Part shown: one piece after another, positions 27,143-36,115 of the stretch
Layout: the number at the start of each line of letters is the position of its first letter
How positions within the stretch are numbered: position 1 is the stretch's first letter
NCBI GenBank assembly: GCA_964437525.1
Contig: CAYTHG010000003.1
Coordinates: forward strand, 1 to 44,584
From: an uncultured Myxococcales bacterium
GTDB lineage: Bacteria; Myxococcota_A; SURF-8
DNA length: 44,584 nucleotides
Reading direction: 5' to 3'
The notes under the pieces: model-generated
The model's input: only the letters and a program-made list of their open reading frames with translations
Told to the model about the DNA's origin: nothing
The model's database searches: none
Position numbers and translations under genes: made by a program

Positions 27143-27831
27143 TGGGACGCAAACCACCGCAGCCGGGCAGTAGGGGAAGTGAAAAACGCAAGAAAGCCAA
27201 AAAGATAAATCGTTTTGCAAAACGTTACGTCGTAATTGTCTGTGAAGGAGAAAAGACCGAAAAGAACTACTTCAATGATTTCAGGAAAGACAAGCGTGAA
27301 AGCAAAGAACTGTTTCAGGTGATCTGCGGAGCGGAGGCTTTAGGAAACGACCCGTTGAACATTGTCAAGGAAGCAAAAGATCAACAAAATAAGATCGTAA
27401 AAGAACATAAATGCAAAAAAGAAGACGTCTTGACGTGGTGCGTCTTCGATAGAGACGAACACCCCAATCTGGATGAAGCTGTCGATATGGCGAAGGCCAA
27501 CAAAATCAAGATCGCCTTTTCAAATCCCTGTTTCGAACTGTGGTATCTTCTGCATTTTCAGGATCAGACCGCGCATATTGAAAGAGGCAAAGTTGCAAGC
27601 GCTTTGCGACGAAGCCATATTCCTGAGTATCAAAAAAACCTTAAGGGCGTATACGAGTTATTAAGAGATAAACATGAGTTCGCAAAGGAAAGAGCCGAGA
27701 ACTTGCGTCGCCAACAAGAGAAAGACAATAAAATTAAAATCGACGATAAAACCATATGTGCCGATATTACAGGTATCAAAGAAATCAATCCCATAAGCAC
27801 AGTCGATTTGATGTTTGAAGAACTGAACTAA
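27142..27831 (+). CDS. RloB-family protein (AbiLii-like, TOPRIM-like)
   Basis: Family hallmarks are YVVIVCEGEKTEKNYF, WCVFDRDEH and AFSNPCFELWYLLHF. The start overlaps the ATPase stop by 1 nt (TAATG). Confidence 0.9.
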   Translation: MGRKPPQPGSRGSEKRKKAKKINRFAKRYVVIVCEGEKTEKNYFNDFRKDKRESKELFQVICGAEALGNDPLNIVKEAKDQQNKIVKEHKCKKEDVLTWCVFDRDEHPNLDEAVDMAKANKIKIAFSNPCFELWYLLHFQDQTAHIERGKVASALRRSHIPEYQKNLKGVYELLRDKHEFAKERAENLRRQQEKDNKIKIDDKTICADITGIKEINPISTVDLMFEELN

Positions 27832-27884
27832 AAATTCCCCAAACGCCCCTGACCCCTTTCTTCCTTTACACCGCTGACATCTCG

Positions 27885-27913
27885 TTGTAGAATTCCCCCA
27901 ATGTGTTTATAAA
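27885..27913 (+). promoter_or_regulatory. Candidate sigma70 promoter for lipoprotein gene 27950
   Basis: TTGTAG-17 nt-TATAAA, with a GGAGG RBS at 27939-27943. Confidence 0.4.
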
Positions 27914-27949
27914 TTTGTTTTATCGATCACTTTTTCTGCGGAGGAAACT

Positions 27950-28531
27950 ATGAGAAAGTCTATTTCTGTTATTTTTATGATGTTGATGCTGGCCTTTGGA
28001 TCTACGGCCTGCTGGGACCCAGTCGGTGATGCCGAGGGTGATGCTCGTGCCGAGCAGGAAGCCAAAACCATCTCCAAGCTTGTTTCAAAGACCGTTTTGA
28101 ATATGACAGAGGAACTCGGTGCCTTGATGGTTCCCGAAGAAGGACAGGAAGGTGCTCGCAAGCTGGCGAAAACAATCGCCAACGAACTCACCTTCGATGG
28201 CGGCATGTTCTCCGGTACTGTCGAGAACAGCAAGGGCGGCAGCGTGGATATCGAAGGCTCGGGCAGCTATGATGCCACAAACGGCAACATCGCATTCGAA
28301 GCCACTCTGGTTTTCAAAGAGTTCGTGGCCGGTTCGATCACCTTCGACGGCACACTGGACGTGACCTTCAGCGGCACGCTCGAAGACGGTTCACTGTTAA
28401 TCTCCGGAGACCTGAGTGTTACCGGCGATATCGAAACCGAAGCCGAGGTTGACTTGACCATCACCATCACGGCTGGCAGCGCCACGGCTACAGGCCATAT
28501 CAATGGCGAAGAGGTAAACGAAAGCCTGTAA
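27950..28531 (+). CDS. Lipoprotein, Gly/Thr/Ser-rich beta-type, unknown function
   Basis: The signal peptide MRKSISVIFMMLMLAFGSTAC has a lipobox-like end. A strong RBS is present. The gene is followed by the terminator at 28560..28594. Confidence 0.7.
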   Translation: MRKSISVIFMMLMLAFGSTACWDPVGDAEGDARAEQEAKTISKLVSKTVLNMTEELGALMVPEEGQEGARKLAKTIANELTFDGGMFSGTVENSKGGSVDIEGSGSYDATNGNIAFEATLVFKEFVAGSITFDGTLDVTFSGTLEDGSLLISGDLSVTGDIETEAEVDLTITITAGSATATGHINGEEVNESL

Positions 28532-28559
28532 TATCAGGCGACAAGTTCGACAATAAAAA

Positions 28560-28594
28560 GAGGCCGGGCGCTTTCGCGCCCGGCCTCTTTCTTT
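28560..28594. terminator. Bidirectional Rho-independent terminator between convergent genes
   Basis: gaggccgggcg-ctttcg-cgcccggcctc forms an 11-bp GC-rich stem. It is flanked by an A-run (5') and a T-rich run (3'). Confidence 0.8.
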
Positions 28595-28656
28595 ATACTT
28601 ACTTTTGATTTCATAGGCACACTAAGTGCGCCCCTTCGCAACTGCTATTTCCACCC

Positions 28657-31206
28657 TCACTCGCCTTCCGGCTCCAGCGTCATAAGCGCTTTGGCACTCT
28701 CGGCTATTTCTTTCCAGTTCATACACATGGGCAGGTACTTGAGGTTTTTCCACATCTCGTGCTGGTCACCGTAATGCGGGGACTTGGGCCAGGCGGATAT
28801 ACCCACATCCGAGATCCATTTGCCGTGCTCCATGTCGCTTAAATCCACGATCATGCGATAAGCCGGACCGGCCATGGCGCGGAAGGGATGCTTTGGATGA
28901 CCCATGTCGAAGTGAGATTTCCAGACCGTATCAAGCGCACCGCCGACGGGCGTTTTTTTGAGGTTCAAAGTTTTGCCCAGCAGCGCGTTGCCGCCGAAGA
29001 CGTGCTTTAAGTGCATGTCGTGCAATTCGCCCCACTGCCAGTCGGAAGGATTGGCGCCCTGCTTTTTGCGAAGATTTTTGACGGCCTGCTTGAATGCCTT
29101 GCGCATAACATCAGAGCGGGTTTCGAGCTTTTCGGTCTGCCTGTTGTCCCAGATTACGTGGGCCGGATCGTCGAACCACAAGTCGGCCACGTTTGTAGAA
29201 TAACGCTGTGACAGAATGAACTCGAAGGCGCTGTGATCCAATTCGTCTTCCAATGCCAGCATGATAGCTTCGCGGTAGGTCATAAAGAATATGGCCGTAG
29301 CAGCCGAATCCGCCGGGGTTTCGCCTTTCCAGTTGGAAAGCAATTCAAGCGCTTTGCGTTCACGGTCTTTATATTCGGGGCAGCCTTTTAAGTCCACCAG
29401 CATTCCCGGCAGAATCCGCAGGGCGCGCAGAGACAACATATCTCCCTGAATCAGGGACATGCTTTCAAGATCGTGCGGGCCTTCCGCTTCCAGGCGATCG
29501 GAGATGCGGTCCACTCGGTATGACGGTGCCGAATCAATCTGGAAATAATCGTTCCAATGCTGGGGATTGACGGTCAGATTGTTGGCGTGGGCGTAATACC
29601 CTTGGTTCTTCTGGGCGTGGGGCAGATCGAGTGGATCTATCATGCCGTCCCAGTCGTATTTGTCGATCCAGCCGGGAACCGGGAAGGTGCCCAGATGGTT
29701 TTTGCGGCGCGGCAGCACGCCCGTCATAAAGTGGGCGATGTCGCCGTTAACGTCGGCAGCGTTCCAGGACTGAGCCGGGGTAGCGACATCGGCAAAGGCG
29801 TGGCGCAACTCTTCAACAGTCTCGGCGCGGTTGGCGCGACCTACTGCGGTAATAGAACCGGAAATCGAAGGCACTTCCCAGCGCATGGCCACGGGCGGAT
29901 CGTCGTCGTCGAAGATGGCCGAATACATGTCGTTCATCAGCGGGCCGTGACGTGTGAAGCGTATGGTCAGCTTCTGGTCTTTGAGCTTGCTGCCCTTGCG
30001 AACGCGAATGATGTACTCGCGGTCTTCGAATTTCTTCCAGCCGTCCGGCGTCAGGTATTGGCCGGGATGGTCGCTGTCGGTTTTTTCTATGTAAAGGTCG
30101 ATGGCGTCAGATACTGCGGAAGTTGCGCCCCAGGCCACTTTGCGACTGTGTCCCATCAGGACATAGGGGATACCGGCGACCGTCGCTCCGATGGCATCCA
30201 GGCCGGGAGCCTTAATATGCTGCTGGTAGAACAGCGACGGAATCATGTGCGAGATGTGCGGATCGTTGGCGACTATGGGAGAGCCGGAAGCGCTCAATTC
30301 ACCGGCCACCACCCAACTGTTGCTTGCTCCTGTCAAACTCACCACTTCGGAGGCCAGACGCGAGGCCACTTCTTCGGTCTTGATGTTTATATGCTGGTCG
30401 TCTTTTTGTTTGCCATTTTCGTCTTTGCTTCCAGGCATGGTCTTGCCCTTGCCCTGCGGCGCGAAGAAATCTTTGAGTTCTTCGGCGATGGCGGGCGGCA
30501 ACTGGCGCGGCTCGCCTTCCTGGGGAGGCAATGTCAATCCACCATGCCACCAGTCGTTGCCGTAAATCTTCTGGGCGCGTTCCAAGCCAACATTCAATGC
30601 CAGCAGCAGACGCGAGGTCTCCTGATGGTAGTTGTGTGTCAGGCTCCAACCCAACAAGCGCCCGAGTGCGAATGTGTCCTGCAAGGTCCAGGGCATGGGC
30701 TCCACTTGCAGCAGGCGGTACTCGATGGGCTTGTAGTATTTCAAGGCTTCATTGACACCATCGACGAATGCCTGCAAAAGCTCTCTGTCTTCGGGCGTCA
30801 GGTTGGCGACGTCGTCGGCGCTGCGTTCATCCAGTCCCCAACCGCGCATGGACAGGTCGAAATCTATGGTGGTGGCTCCCATGAAGTCACGATTGCCGAC
30901 CAGCTCGGACATGCGCCCGCGAGCGATGCGCCGCATGGCGTCCATGCCGAAAAAGCGCTGGCGAGACTGTGTAAAGCCTATGGCCCGCAGCAGATCCAGT
31001 TCGTTCTGCGCTTCGATATGGGCGATGCCGCCTTCATCGAAGTAGACTTTCACCGCAGCCTGCAAGCCGGGTATTTTCAAAGTCTGGGTTTCGTCGCGCG
31101 GATAGTCAGGTTTCTGGTTGTACTTGATAAACTCGCTGACAGCGCAACCGTAAAGGCAAAAGGCGCAAAGCGCGGCTATTGCCAGTAACAATTTCAAAGG
31201 TTTCAT
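28657..31206 (-). CDS. Penicillin-acylase-family Ntn hydrolase (AHL-acylase/PvdQ-like), lipoprotein
   Basis: The lipobox is CLYGC. The autoprocessing site and nucleophile are LTGA/SNSWVVAGELSASGSPIVANDPH. The 849-aa size is typical of the family. Confidence 0.92.
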   Translation of the reverse strand: MKPLKLLLAIAALCAFCLYGCAVSEFIKYNQKPDYPRDETQTLKIPGLQAAVKVYFDEGGIAHIEAQNELDLLRAIGFTQSRQRFFGMDAMRRIARGRMSELVGNRDFMGATTIDFDLSMRGWGLDERSADDVANLTPEDRELLQAFVDGVNEALKYYKPIEYRLLQVEPMPWTLQDTFALGRLLGWSLTHNYHQETSRLLLALNVGLERAQKIYGNDWWHGGLTLPPQEGEPRQLPPAIAEELKDFFAPQGKGKTMPGSKDENGKQKDDQHINIKTEEVASRLASEVVSLTGASNSWVVAGELSASGSPIVANDPHISHMIPSLFYQQHIKAPGLDAIGATVAGIPYVLMGHSRKVAWGATSAVSDAIDLYIEKTDSDHPGQYLTPDGWKKFEDREYIIRVRKGSKLKDQKLTIRFTRHGPLMNDMYSAIFDDDDPPVAMRWEVPSISGSITAVGRANRAETVEELRHAFADVATPAQSWNAADVNGDIAHFMTGVLPRRKNHLGTFPVPGWIDKYDWDGMIDPLDLPHAQKNQGYYAHANNLTVNPQHWNDYFQIDSAPSYRVDRISDRLEAEGPHDLESMSLIQGDMLSLRALRILPGMLVDLKGCPEYKDRERKALELLSNWKGETPADSAATAIFFMTYREAIMLALEDELDHSAFEFILSQRYSTNVADLWFDDPAHVIWDNRQTEKLETRSDVMRKAFKQAVKNLRKKQGANPSDWQWGELHDMHLKHVFGGNALLGKTLNLKKTPVGGALDTVWKSHFDMGHPKHPFRAMAGPAYRMIVDLSDMEHGKWISDVGISAWPKSPHYGDQHEMWKNLKYLPMCMNWKEIAESAKALMTLEPEGE

Positions 31207-31370
31207 TTAACTTCTCCTAGCCCGGATTATCCGCCGGGAATTTACTGCGGCCCACAAATTTTCGATCTTTCACTCGTTTCGCGATTTTTAATCTCGACAG
31301 ACTGTAAAGTATGCCTTCGAAAAAAGATCGTTCCTACTTCGAGAAATATCATCAATTTCCGACCCTCGTT

Positions 31371-31396
31371 ACAAAGCCCGGTGAAGAATCCGGGCT
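31371..31396 (-). terminator. Weak hairpin downstream of the OMP gene (partial terminator?)
   Basis: On the minus strand, agcccgg-attcttca-ccgggct (7-bp stem) is followed by only TTTG. Confidence 0.3.
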
Positions 31397-31417
31397 ATCT
31401 CGACTTAAAAGCTTTGT

Positions 31418-32641
31418 CTACCAGATAGCAAACGGCAACTGTACTCCGCCTGTCAGAACATCGGCTGAACGGGTGTTTTTGCCGGGAATCAGTGACAGGG
31501 TACGGTACTTTATATAAAGCTGCAAGGGCGCACCCAGGCGAATGAAAGAGAAACCCAGTTTGGCAGTCAGGATATTCTTGAAGCCGGGCTTCCAATCGTC
31601 CTCCTGATTGTAGTCCCACAGGTCCGAATCCGACGACCATTCACTTTGCTGCAGGTAGGTGAAATTGTATTGCAGCATTATGGTGATGATCGGAGGCATG
31701 GCGTCTATTTTCTTCTGGTCGCCCTTGGTAATCCATGTGTCTTTTCGCGGGCCTTTGTATGCAGTCACGTCGAACTGCAATGCCACTCCCGAAAAATCGC
31801 CGGGATCGAGTTTGTAGGTATCTCCCACATAAATGGCGTTGTTGAGCAGCAGAGGGTTGACTATGCCGCGCGGCGTGTCGTATGTGTGTTCGAAGAACAA
31901 TTCGTAGAAGAAATCGAGACCGACGGTCAACCTGTCGTCAAGCTCGTCCTTGAAGCGCTTGTCCACCGCCAAGTGGAAAGACAGATCGCCCTGAGAATGC
32001 AGGTCCCACATGGTGGTTCCGGCAGATGTGATTTCTTCGGGGTCTTTTTGGCTGCCGGTCGGAAAGGCTCCCATGATCGTCAGGGTACTCGACCAGTTGG
32101 CCTCGCGAATCGGATCGATACGGTGAGTCCATTTGTAGCGCACTCCCATTATCATATCGCCCAGCGTACCTTTGTTGCCGGTCCAGTTGCCGGGCCTGGG
32201 CTGTCCCATACTGGCCGCCCACTCCCAGAAATCGTCCTGAGAATACGGCCTGCCCAATGAGGGCTGAAAATCGCCGACCTCCCAATCGAAGTCGGGATTG
32301 ACGCTGCTTTTGAGTATCAAAGGTATTCCCAAGCCGACATTCAGATCGTCTAAAATACCGTAGTTGAGCATCATAATCATGACCGAGTATTGCACCTTGG
32401 CATTGGGAGTCAGAATTCCCTGCATCCCGCCGCCGGGCTCGAAGCGCTCTATTTCTTCTATCAAAGAGGCGGTTCCGTTGTTGTCATCCCAGCGCTTGGA
32501 TAGCCAGCTATGGTTGTAAGAAATATCCAGCAGGAACATGTTCTGCGGCAGGGTGTCGGTCAATGCTGCCGATGCCAGTGCCGGCACTGTCAATAAAGAT
32601 AAAACCACAAGCAAAGAGAAGATGTATTTTGAGGTTTTCAT
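31418..32641 (-). CDS. Outer-membrane beta-barrel protein, unknown family (possibly hydrophobic-substrate channel)
   Basis: It has a Sec signal peptide ending PALASA/A. Amphipathic beta-strands alternate, rich in Y/W/G/D. The C-terminus is ...GVQLPFAIW (aromatic). The start overlaps the upstream stop as ATGA (32638-32641). Confidence 0.75.
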   Translation of the reverse strand: MKTSKYIFSLLVVLSLLTVPALASAALTDTLPQNMFLLDISYNHSWLSKRWDDNNGTASLIEEIERFEPGGGMQGILTPNAKVQYSVMIMMLNYGILDDLNVGLGIPLILKSSVNPDFDWEVGDFQPSLGRPYSQDDFWEWAASMGQPRPGNWTGNKGTLGDMIMGVRYKWTHRIDPIREANWSSTLTIMGAFPTGSQKDPEEITSAGTTMWDLHSQGDLSFHLAVDKRFKDELDDRLTVGLDFFYELFFEHTYDTPRGIVNPLLLNNAIYVGDTYKLDPGDFSGVALQFDVTAYKGPRKDTWITKGDQKKIDAMPPIITIMLQYNFTYLQQSEWSSDSDLWDYNQEDDWKPGFKNILTAKLGFSFIRLGAPLQLYIKYRTLSLIPGKNTRSADVLTGGVQLPFAIW

Positions 32642-34725
32642 TCTGCCACCTCCTCTCCTGTTGCGTCTTCAATCCCAAGTTCGGCTTTCAAGTCAAACTC
32701 CACAAAAGGCTGGTCCGTTGCCGGCACTTCTCCCATGGCGTAGCGCAGAATGCCTTCGGATGGAGAAAACACCGCAGCTATCATGGAGTCGCGATCATCC
32801 ACCAACTCGGGAGTGCGCATTATCTCTATTGCTCCTTCCGAGTCTATCTGCCCGTAGCGTTTCGAGATTTCGGAACCGAGAATCGACCATGCTCTGACCG
32901 AGCGGAAAAAGAAGCTGGTCCAGAAGCGTTGCGGGTTGACGGTGAAGACCACTATCGTATCGTTGATATCGTTGACGTTCTTGGCGTAGTGACTGGCAAT
33001 CCTGATATCGTCCTTGTCCTCGCTGGCCCAGGCGAGACCGTGCTCGTCGGTGTTCTCAAAATTTTCGTCGTCTACATCCGGCGTGTAGGCGTGCAGCCCA
33101 CCGTCGTCTTTATCCTTGATATCAGAATCCATCTCGACAGCCGCAATATTGCCTTCGGCATCGGCTAAAAGCATGTTCCACCCGAAAGTGCGCTCGGTGT
33201 CGCTCAAATACTGTATTCCTTCTTCCACGTTGGAACACTTGGCTAAAAGCTCACGCCCCATAATGCCTATGGGCGTGCCGCTGCATAAAAGCTTGGCGTC
33301 GAAGGTTTCCTCCGAGAATCTTTTGACCATTGTGTTATCGAGCGAATCCGAATTGGTAAAGGCGTAAGTCAGCCCTTCGGCGTTCATGCCCGAAAATCCC
33401 CAGACAACACCGGAGTACCCCAGCACTGCGTGGGCTATACCGTCTTTAGGTTTGTGTATAAAAAGTGCTGTGTGTTCGTGGGTTGTATTGGAGTCAAGCA
33501 ACTGGTAGTGATTGGCTAAGAGCGGTTTGCCGTCGGGAGTGGCCGAGCCGCGCACGGCGAATGCATAAGACGGCGGCTGCGTGCGGCCATCGTCCTCGCC
33601 GCGATTCTCCACCTGATGATGCTTTTTGCCAAAGCCCTTAGTGGTGAATGTAATGCGTTCGTCGCGCATATAGCGGGCGTGCAGGGGCGGCGGGTTGACG
33701 ATTTCGTTGAAGTCTCCGGCCTGCAGCAGTATAGAAACCGATGAGGCTTCTTTGAAGCCGTCTTTGGGTTTGAAGGTCGCGTACATCTTGGTCGAGCCTT
33801 CATCTTTAAACTCGGTCAAGAGGCAGTCCTTGCAATCGAAGCCCTCCATGTTGCAGGCCGAACCGTCGGCATAAACGCATTTTTCGCGGTTTTTATCGGC
33901 GGAGCACTCAGGGTCGTAAGCATATTGGGTTTGATCGAGCTGGATGCGAATCGTGCAGGGGTCCACGCCCGGCTCGTCGCCCTTATCCACTCCCAGACCT
34001 AGCTTCAGATCGTTTACTAAAAAGCGCACCGAGGCATCCTTGGGCACTTCCACCATTGCGGCGTGGGGTAAGGGCTCGTATTTTTTTATCTTGTTGTCGT
34101 CTTCGTCCAGAGTGCCATCGTTGTTGTTGTCGAAACCGTCGCTGTCCATATCCGCCAGGACTTCGTAGCTCAAGATAAAAGGTGCCTGCAATTGCTTGAT
34201 GAAAAGCGTGATGGCGCGGAAAGCCAGCATGGTATCAAGGAAAGTATTCAGGATCAGAATTTCCTCATAAGGCATATCGGAGCCGTCGGATATGCCCTTC
34301 ATTTCGCTGACGATATCATCCGACAGAAATTTTTCGAGGTTGTAGGCCGAATCGCGCATCAACAGGTAAGAAAAGCTGCACTTCTCCGAGCAACGTTCGG
34401 TGCAGGAAGCCAGACATTCTTCCATGAAATGCGCATAATAAGAATCCGGCTTGTTCTCGGCTGTTTTGTATTCGACCAGCACCGAGGCGATGTCCGGCTG
34501 CTCGCGTGTCAGGTATGGCATCAGAGAATTCGGCAAAAGCGTCGCGTACAAAGACTTGATGCGGTGAGAAAGCATTTCTCCGTGCTGAAAGCCGCGTTCA
34601 TACGCGCTGCCTTCAAGCACTGCGACATATGCGTGGGGCGGTTCCTCACTTTCATCACAGGAGCATATGAGAATCAGACTCAAAAACATGGCCACCAGAA
34701 GACACAGTACCGCCCCTTCTCTCAT
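32638..34725 (-). CDS. C45-family (acyl-CoA:6-APA acyltransferase-like) Ntn hydrolase with large insertion, lipoprotein
   Basis: The lipobox-like end is LILICSC. The N-terminal block EGSAYERGFQHGEML and the C-terminal block LGYSGVVWGFSGMNAEGLTYAFTNS are typical of peptidase C45. The insertion carries a TSP3-like Ca-binding motif, DMDSDGFDNNNDGTLDEDD. Confidence 0.65.
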   Translation of the reverse strand: MREGAVLCLLVAMFLSLILICSCDESEEPPHAYVAVLEGSAYERGFQHGEMLSHRIKSLYATLLPNSLMPYLTREQPDIASVLVEYKTAENKPDSYYAHFMEECLASCTERCSEKCSFSYLLMRDSAYNLEKFLSDDIVSEMKGISDGSDMPYEEILILNTFLDTMLAFRAITLFIKQLQAPFILSYEVLADMDSDGFDNNNDGTLDEDDNKIKKYEPLPHAAMVEVPKDASVRFLVNDLKLGLGVDKGDEPGVDPCTIRIQLDQTQYAYDPECSADKNREKCVYADGSACNMEGFDCKDCLLTEFKDEGSTKMYATFKPKDGFKEASSVSILLQAGDFNEIVNPPPLHARYMRDERITFTTKGFGKKHHQVENRGEDDGRTQPPSYAFAVRGSATPDGKPLLANHYQLLDSNTTHEHTALFIHKPKDGIAHAVLGYSGVVWGFSGMNAEGLTYAFTNSDSLDNTMVKRFSEETFDAKLLCSGTPIGIMGRELLAKCSNVEEGIQYLSDTERTFGWNMLLADAEGNIAAVEMDSDIKDKDDGGLHAYTPDVDDENFENTDEHGLAWASEDKDDIRIASHYAKNVNDINDTIVVFTVNPQRFWTSFFFRSVRAWSILGSEISKRYGQIDSEGAIEIMRTPELVDDRDSMIAAVFSPSEGILRYAMGEVPATDQPFVEFDLKAELGIEDATGEEVAE

Positions 34726-34780
34726 GACAATCCTTCCTTCTCAAATTACTTAAAAGTGCAAAGCTGCCAACAAAACTCTA

Positions 34781-35899
34781 TTACATAACCAGCCAGGCCA
34801 AGGCCAGACCGACGTAATTTCCCACAGCAAAGCCGACCAGACCGCTGGCTATACCGGATACAACGATTTCCTTGTTCCTCAGCGCCATTGCAACCGGCGG
34901 AATAATGGCCGGAGACCAGATGGCGGCAGTCGAAGTTATAATGACCGTATCTCGGTCTATTCTGAAGATCGTCGCCAGTACAAGATGTATCAAAACAGTA
35001 GCGACGAGAATCGCGCCTGTCAGGAAAAATATGGAAAGTGAAGAGGACAGAAGCTGATCGAAATGAGCGGTTGTACCTATGGCTACACAAAAAACCAGCA
35101 GGAAATAATAACCGCTCTGGCTGGTGCCGGGCAGGGCGCGCAGGCGCTTTATCATGGAAGCGCCCAATGACAGCGTGGTAATCAGCAGAATCATAACGGC
35201 TTCGCGGTAAGCCTCGGGACATAAGGAGCCGATAAGATAAGAAGCTCCCACAATCGCCGCCGAAATCGAGACACCTTTTATAAGCGTCAACAAAGGCGGC
35301 AGCTTCTTAGCTTCTTCCTGCACATCGTCATTGTCGGTATCTTTGCTTTTCGGGAAAGGCGGCAGGATTTTTGCGTAAAGCTTTTTGGCGACAGTCAAAA
35401 GGAACACCAGATAGACCGTGGACCAGATCATGTCGGCGGCGTTCAGTTTCATAAAGGTCTCAGGCTCGACATTCAAAGCCGTTCCCACCGCTGCCATATT
35501 GGGCGTACCGCCGATATAGACACCGACCAGCATTCCGGCCACCTTGGGGCTGTCGGCAAAGACCTGCCCGAAAAGCAGGGTGGCGAAAAACGCCGCCGTG
35601 AAAGCCGAGACTACGCACAAAAAGAAGGACAGAACCGTCGAGCGCGCCAGCCGCAACCAGCCGATTAGGTCTACCGAAAAGAGCATCAAAGGAATCGCCA
35701 GCGCCACCATCATGTTGGACACCATCAGCGACTGCTTTTCATCAAACACCAGCAGATATTGGTTGCCGAGCAGCAGACCGACCAGATAACACAAAAGCAC
35801 TGGCGTTATCACCTGTATGGCTTTGACGTGTTTCTCGGACAGCAGTACCGCTGCGGGTATGCCGAAAACGATGCCCAGTTGTACCAGACTCCACAACAT
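34781..35899 (-). CDS. Polytopic integral membrane protein (possibly DUF819/YjcL-like)
   Basis: 372 aa with about 10-11 hydrophobic helices and a central acidic loop, KSKDTDNDDVQEE. The family assignment is from memory only. Confidence 0.7.
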   Translation of the reverse strand: MLWSLVQLGIVFGIPAAVLLSEKHVKAIQVITPVLLCYLVGLLLGNQYLLVFDEKQSLMVSNMMVALAIPLMLFSVDLIGWLRLARSTVLSFFLCVVSAFTAAFFATLLFGQVFADSPKVAGMLVGVYIGGTPNMAAVGTALNVEPETFMKLNAADMIWSTVYLVFLLTVAKKLYAKILPPFPKSKDTDNDDVQEEAKKLPPLLTLIKGVSISAAIVGASYLIGSLCPEAYREAVMILLITTLSLGASMIKRLRALPGTSQSGYYFLLVFCVAIGTTAHFDQLLSSSLSIFFLTGAILVATVLIHLVLATIFRIDRDTVIITSTAAIWSPAIIPPVAMALRNKEIVVSGIASGLVGFAVGNYVGLALAWLVM

Positions 35900-36115
35900 A
35901 TGATCCTCACTTACAACAGGAAGACGCTTTCTTAACCGTTTTTACGGAAAAGAAGACCCCGATCGCCATTGGGCTTGATTTTGAGCTTGCTCCGGCAGTC
36001 AAATTAAAATGCAATTAGTGAATAATCTAACAAGGATGAAATCCGGGCGCAAGTTTAGAGGGCGTTTTTTGTGGGGAATGCGGGGAGAGGGATTTTTTTC
36101 AAGAGGTTGCCCGAC

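Noticed and set aside
29557-31188. A 543-aa ORF antisense to the penicillin-acylase gene. Similar long antisense ORFs occur at 7255..8253, 15184..15969, 11462..12304, 39485..40558, 40652..41443 and 2284..2982.
   Set aside because: Each lies fully inside a gene with strong family motifs on the other strand. Their translations are low-complexity (R/G/A/S-rich) with no motifs. They are typical shadow ORFs.
34757-34770. A sigma54-like TTGGCAGCTTTGCA on the minus strand upstream of the C45 gene.
   Set aside because: The GG-to-GC spacing is 8 nt instead of the required 11, so it is not a functional -24/-12 arrangement.
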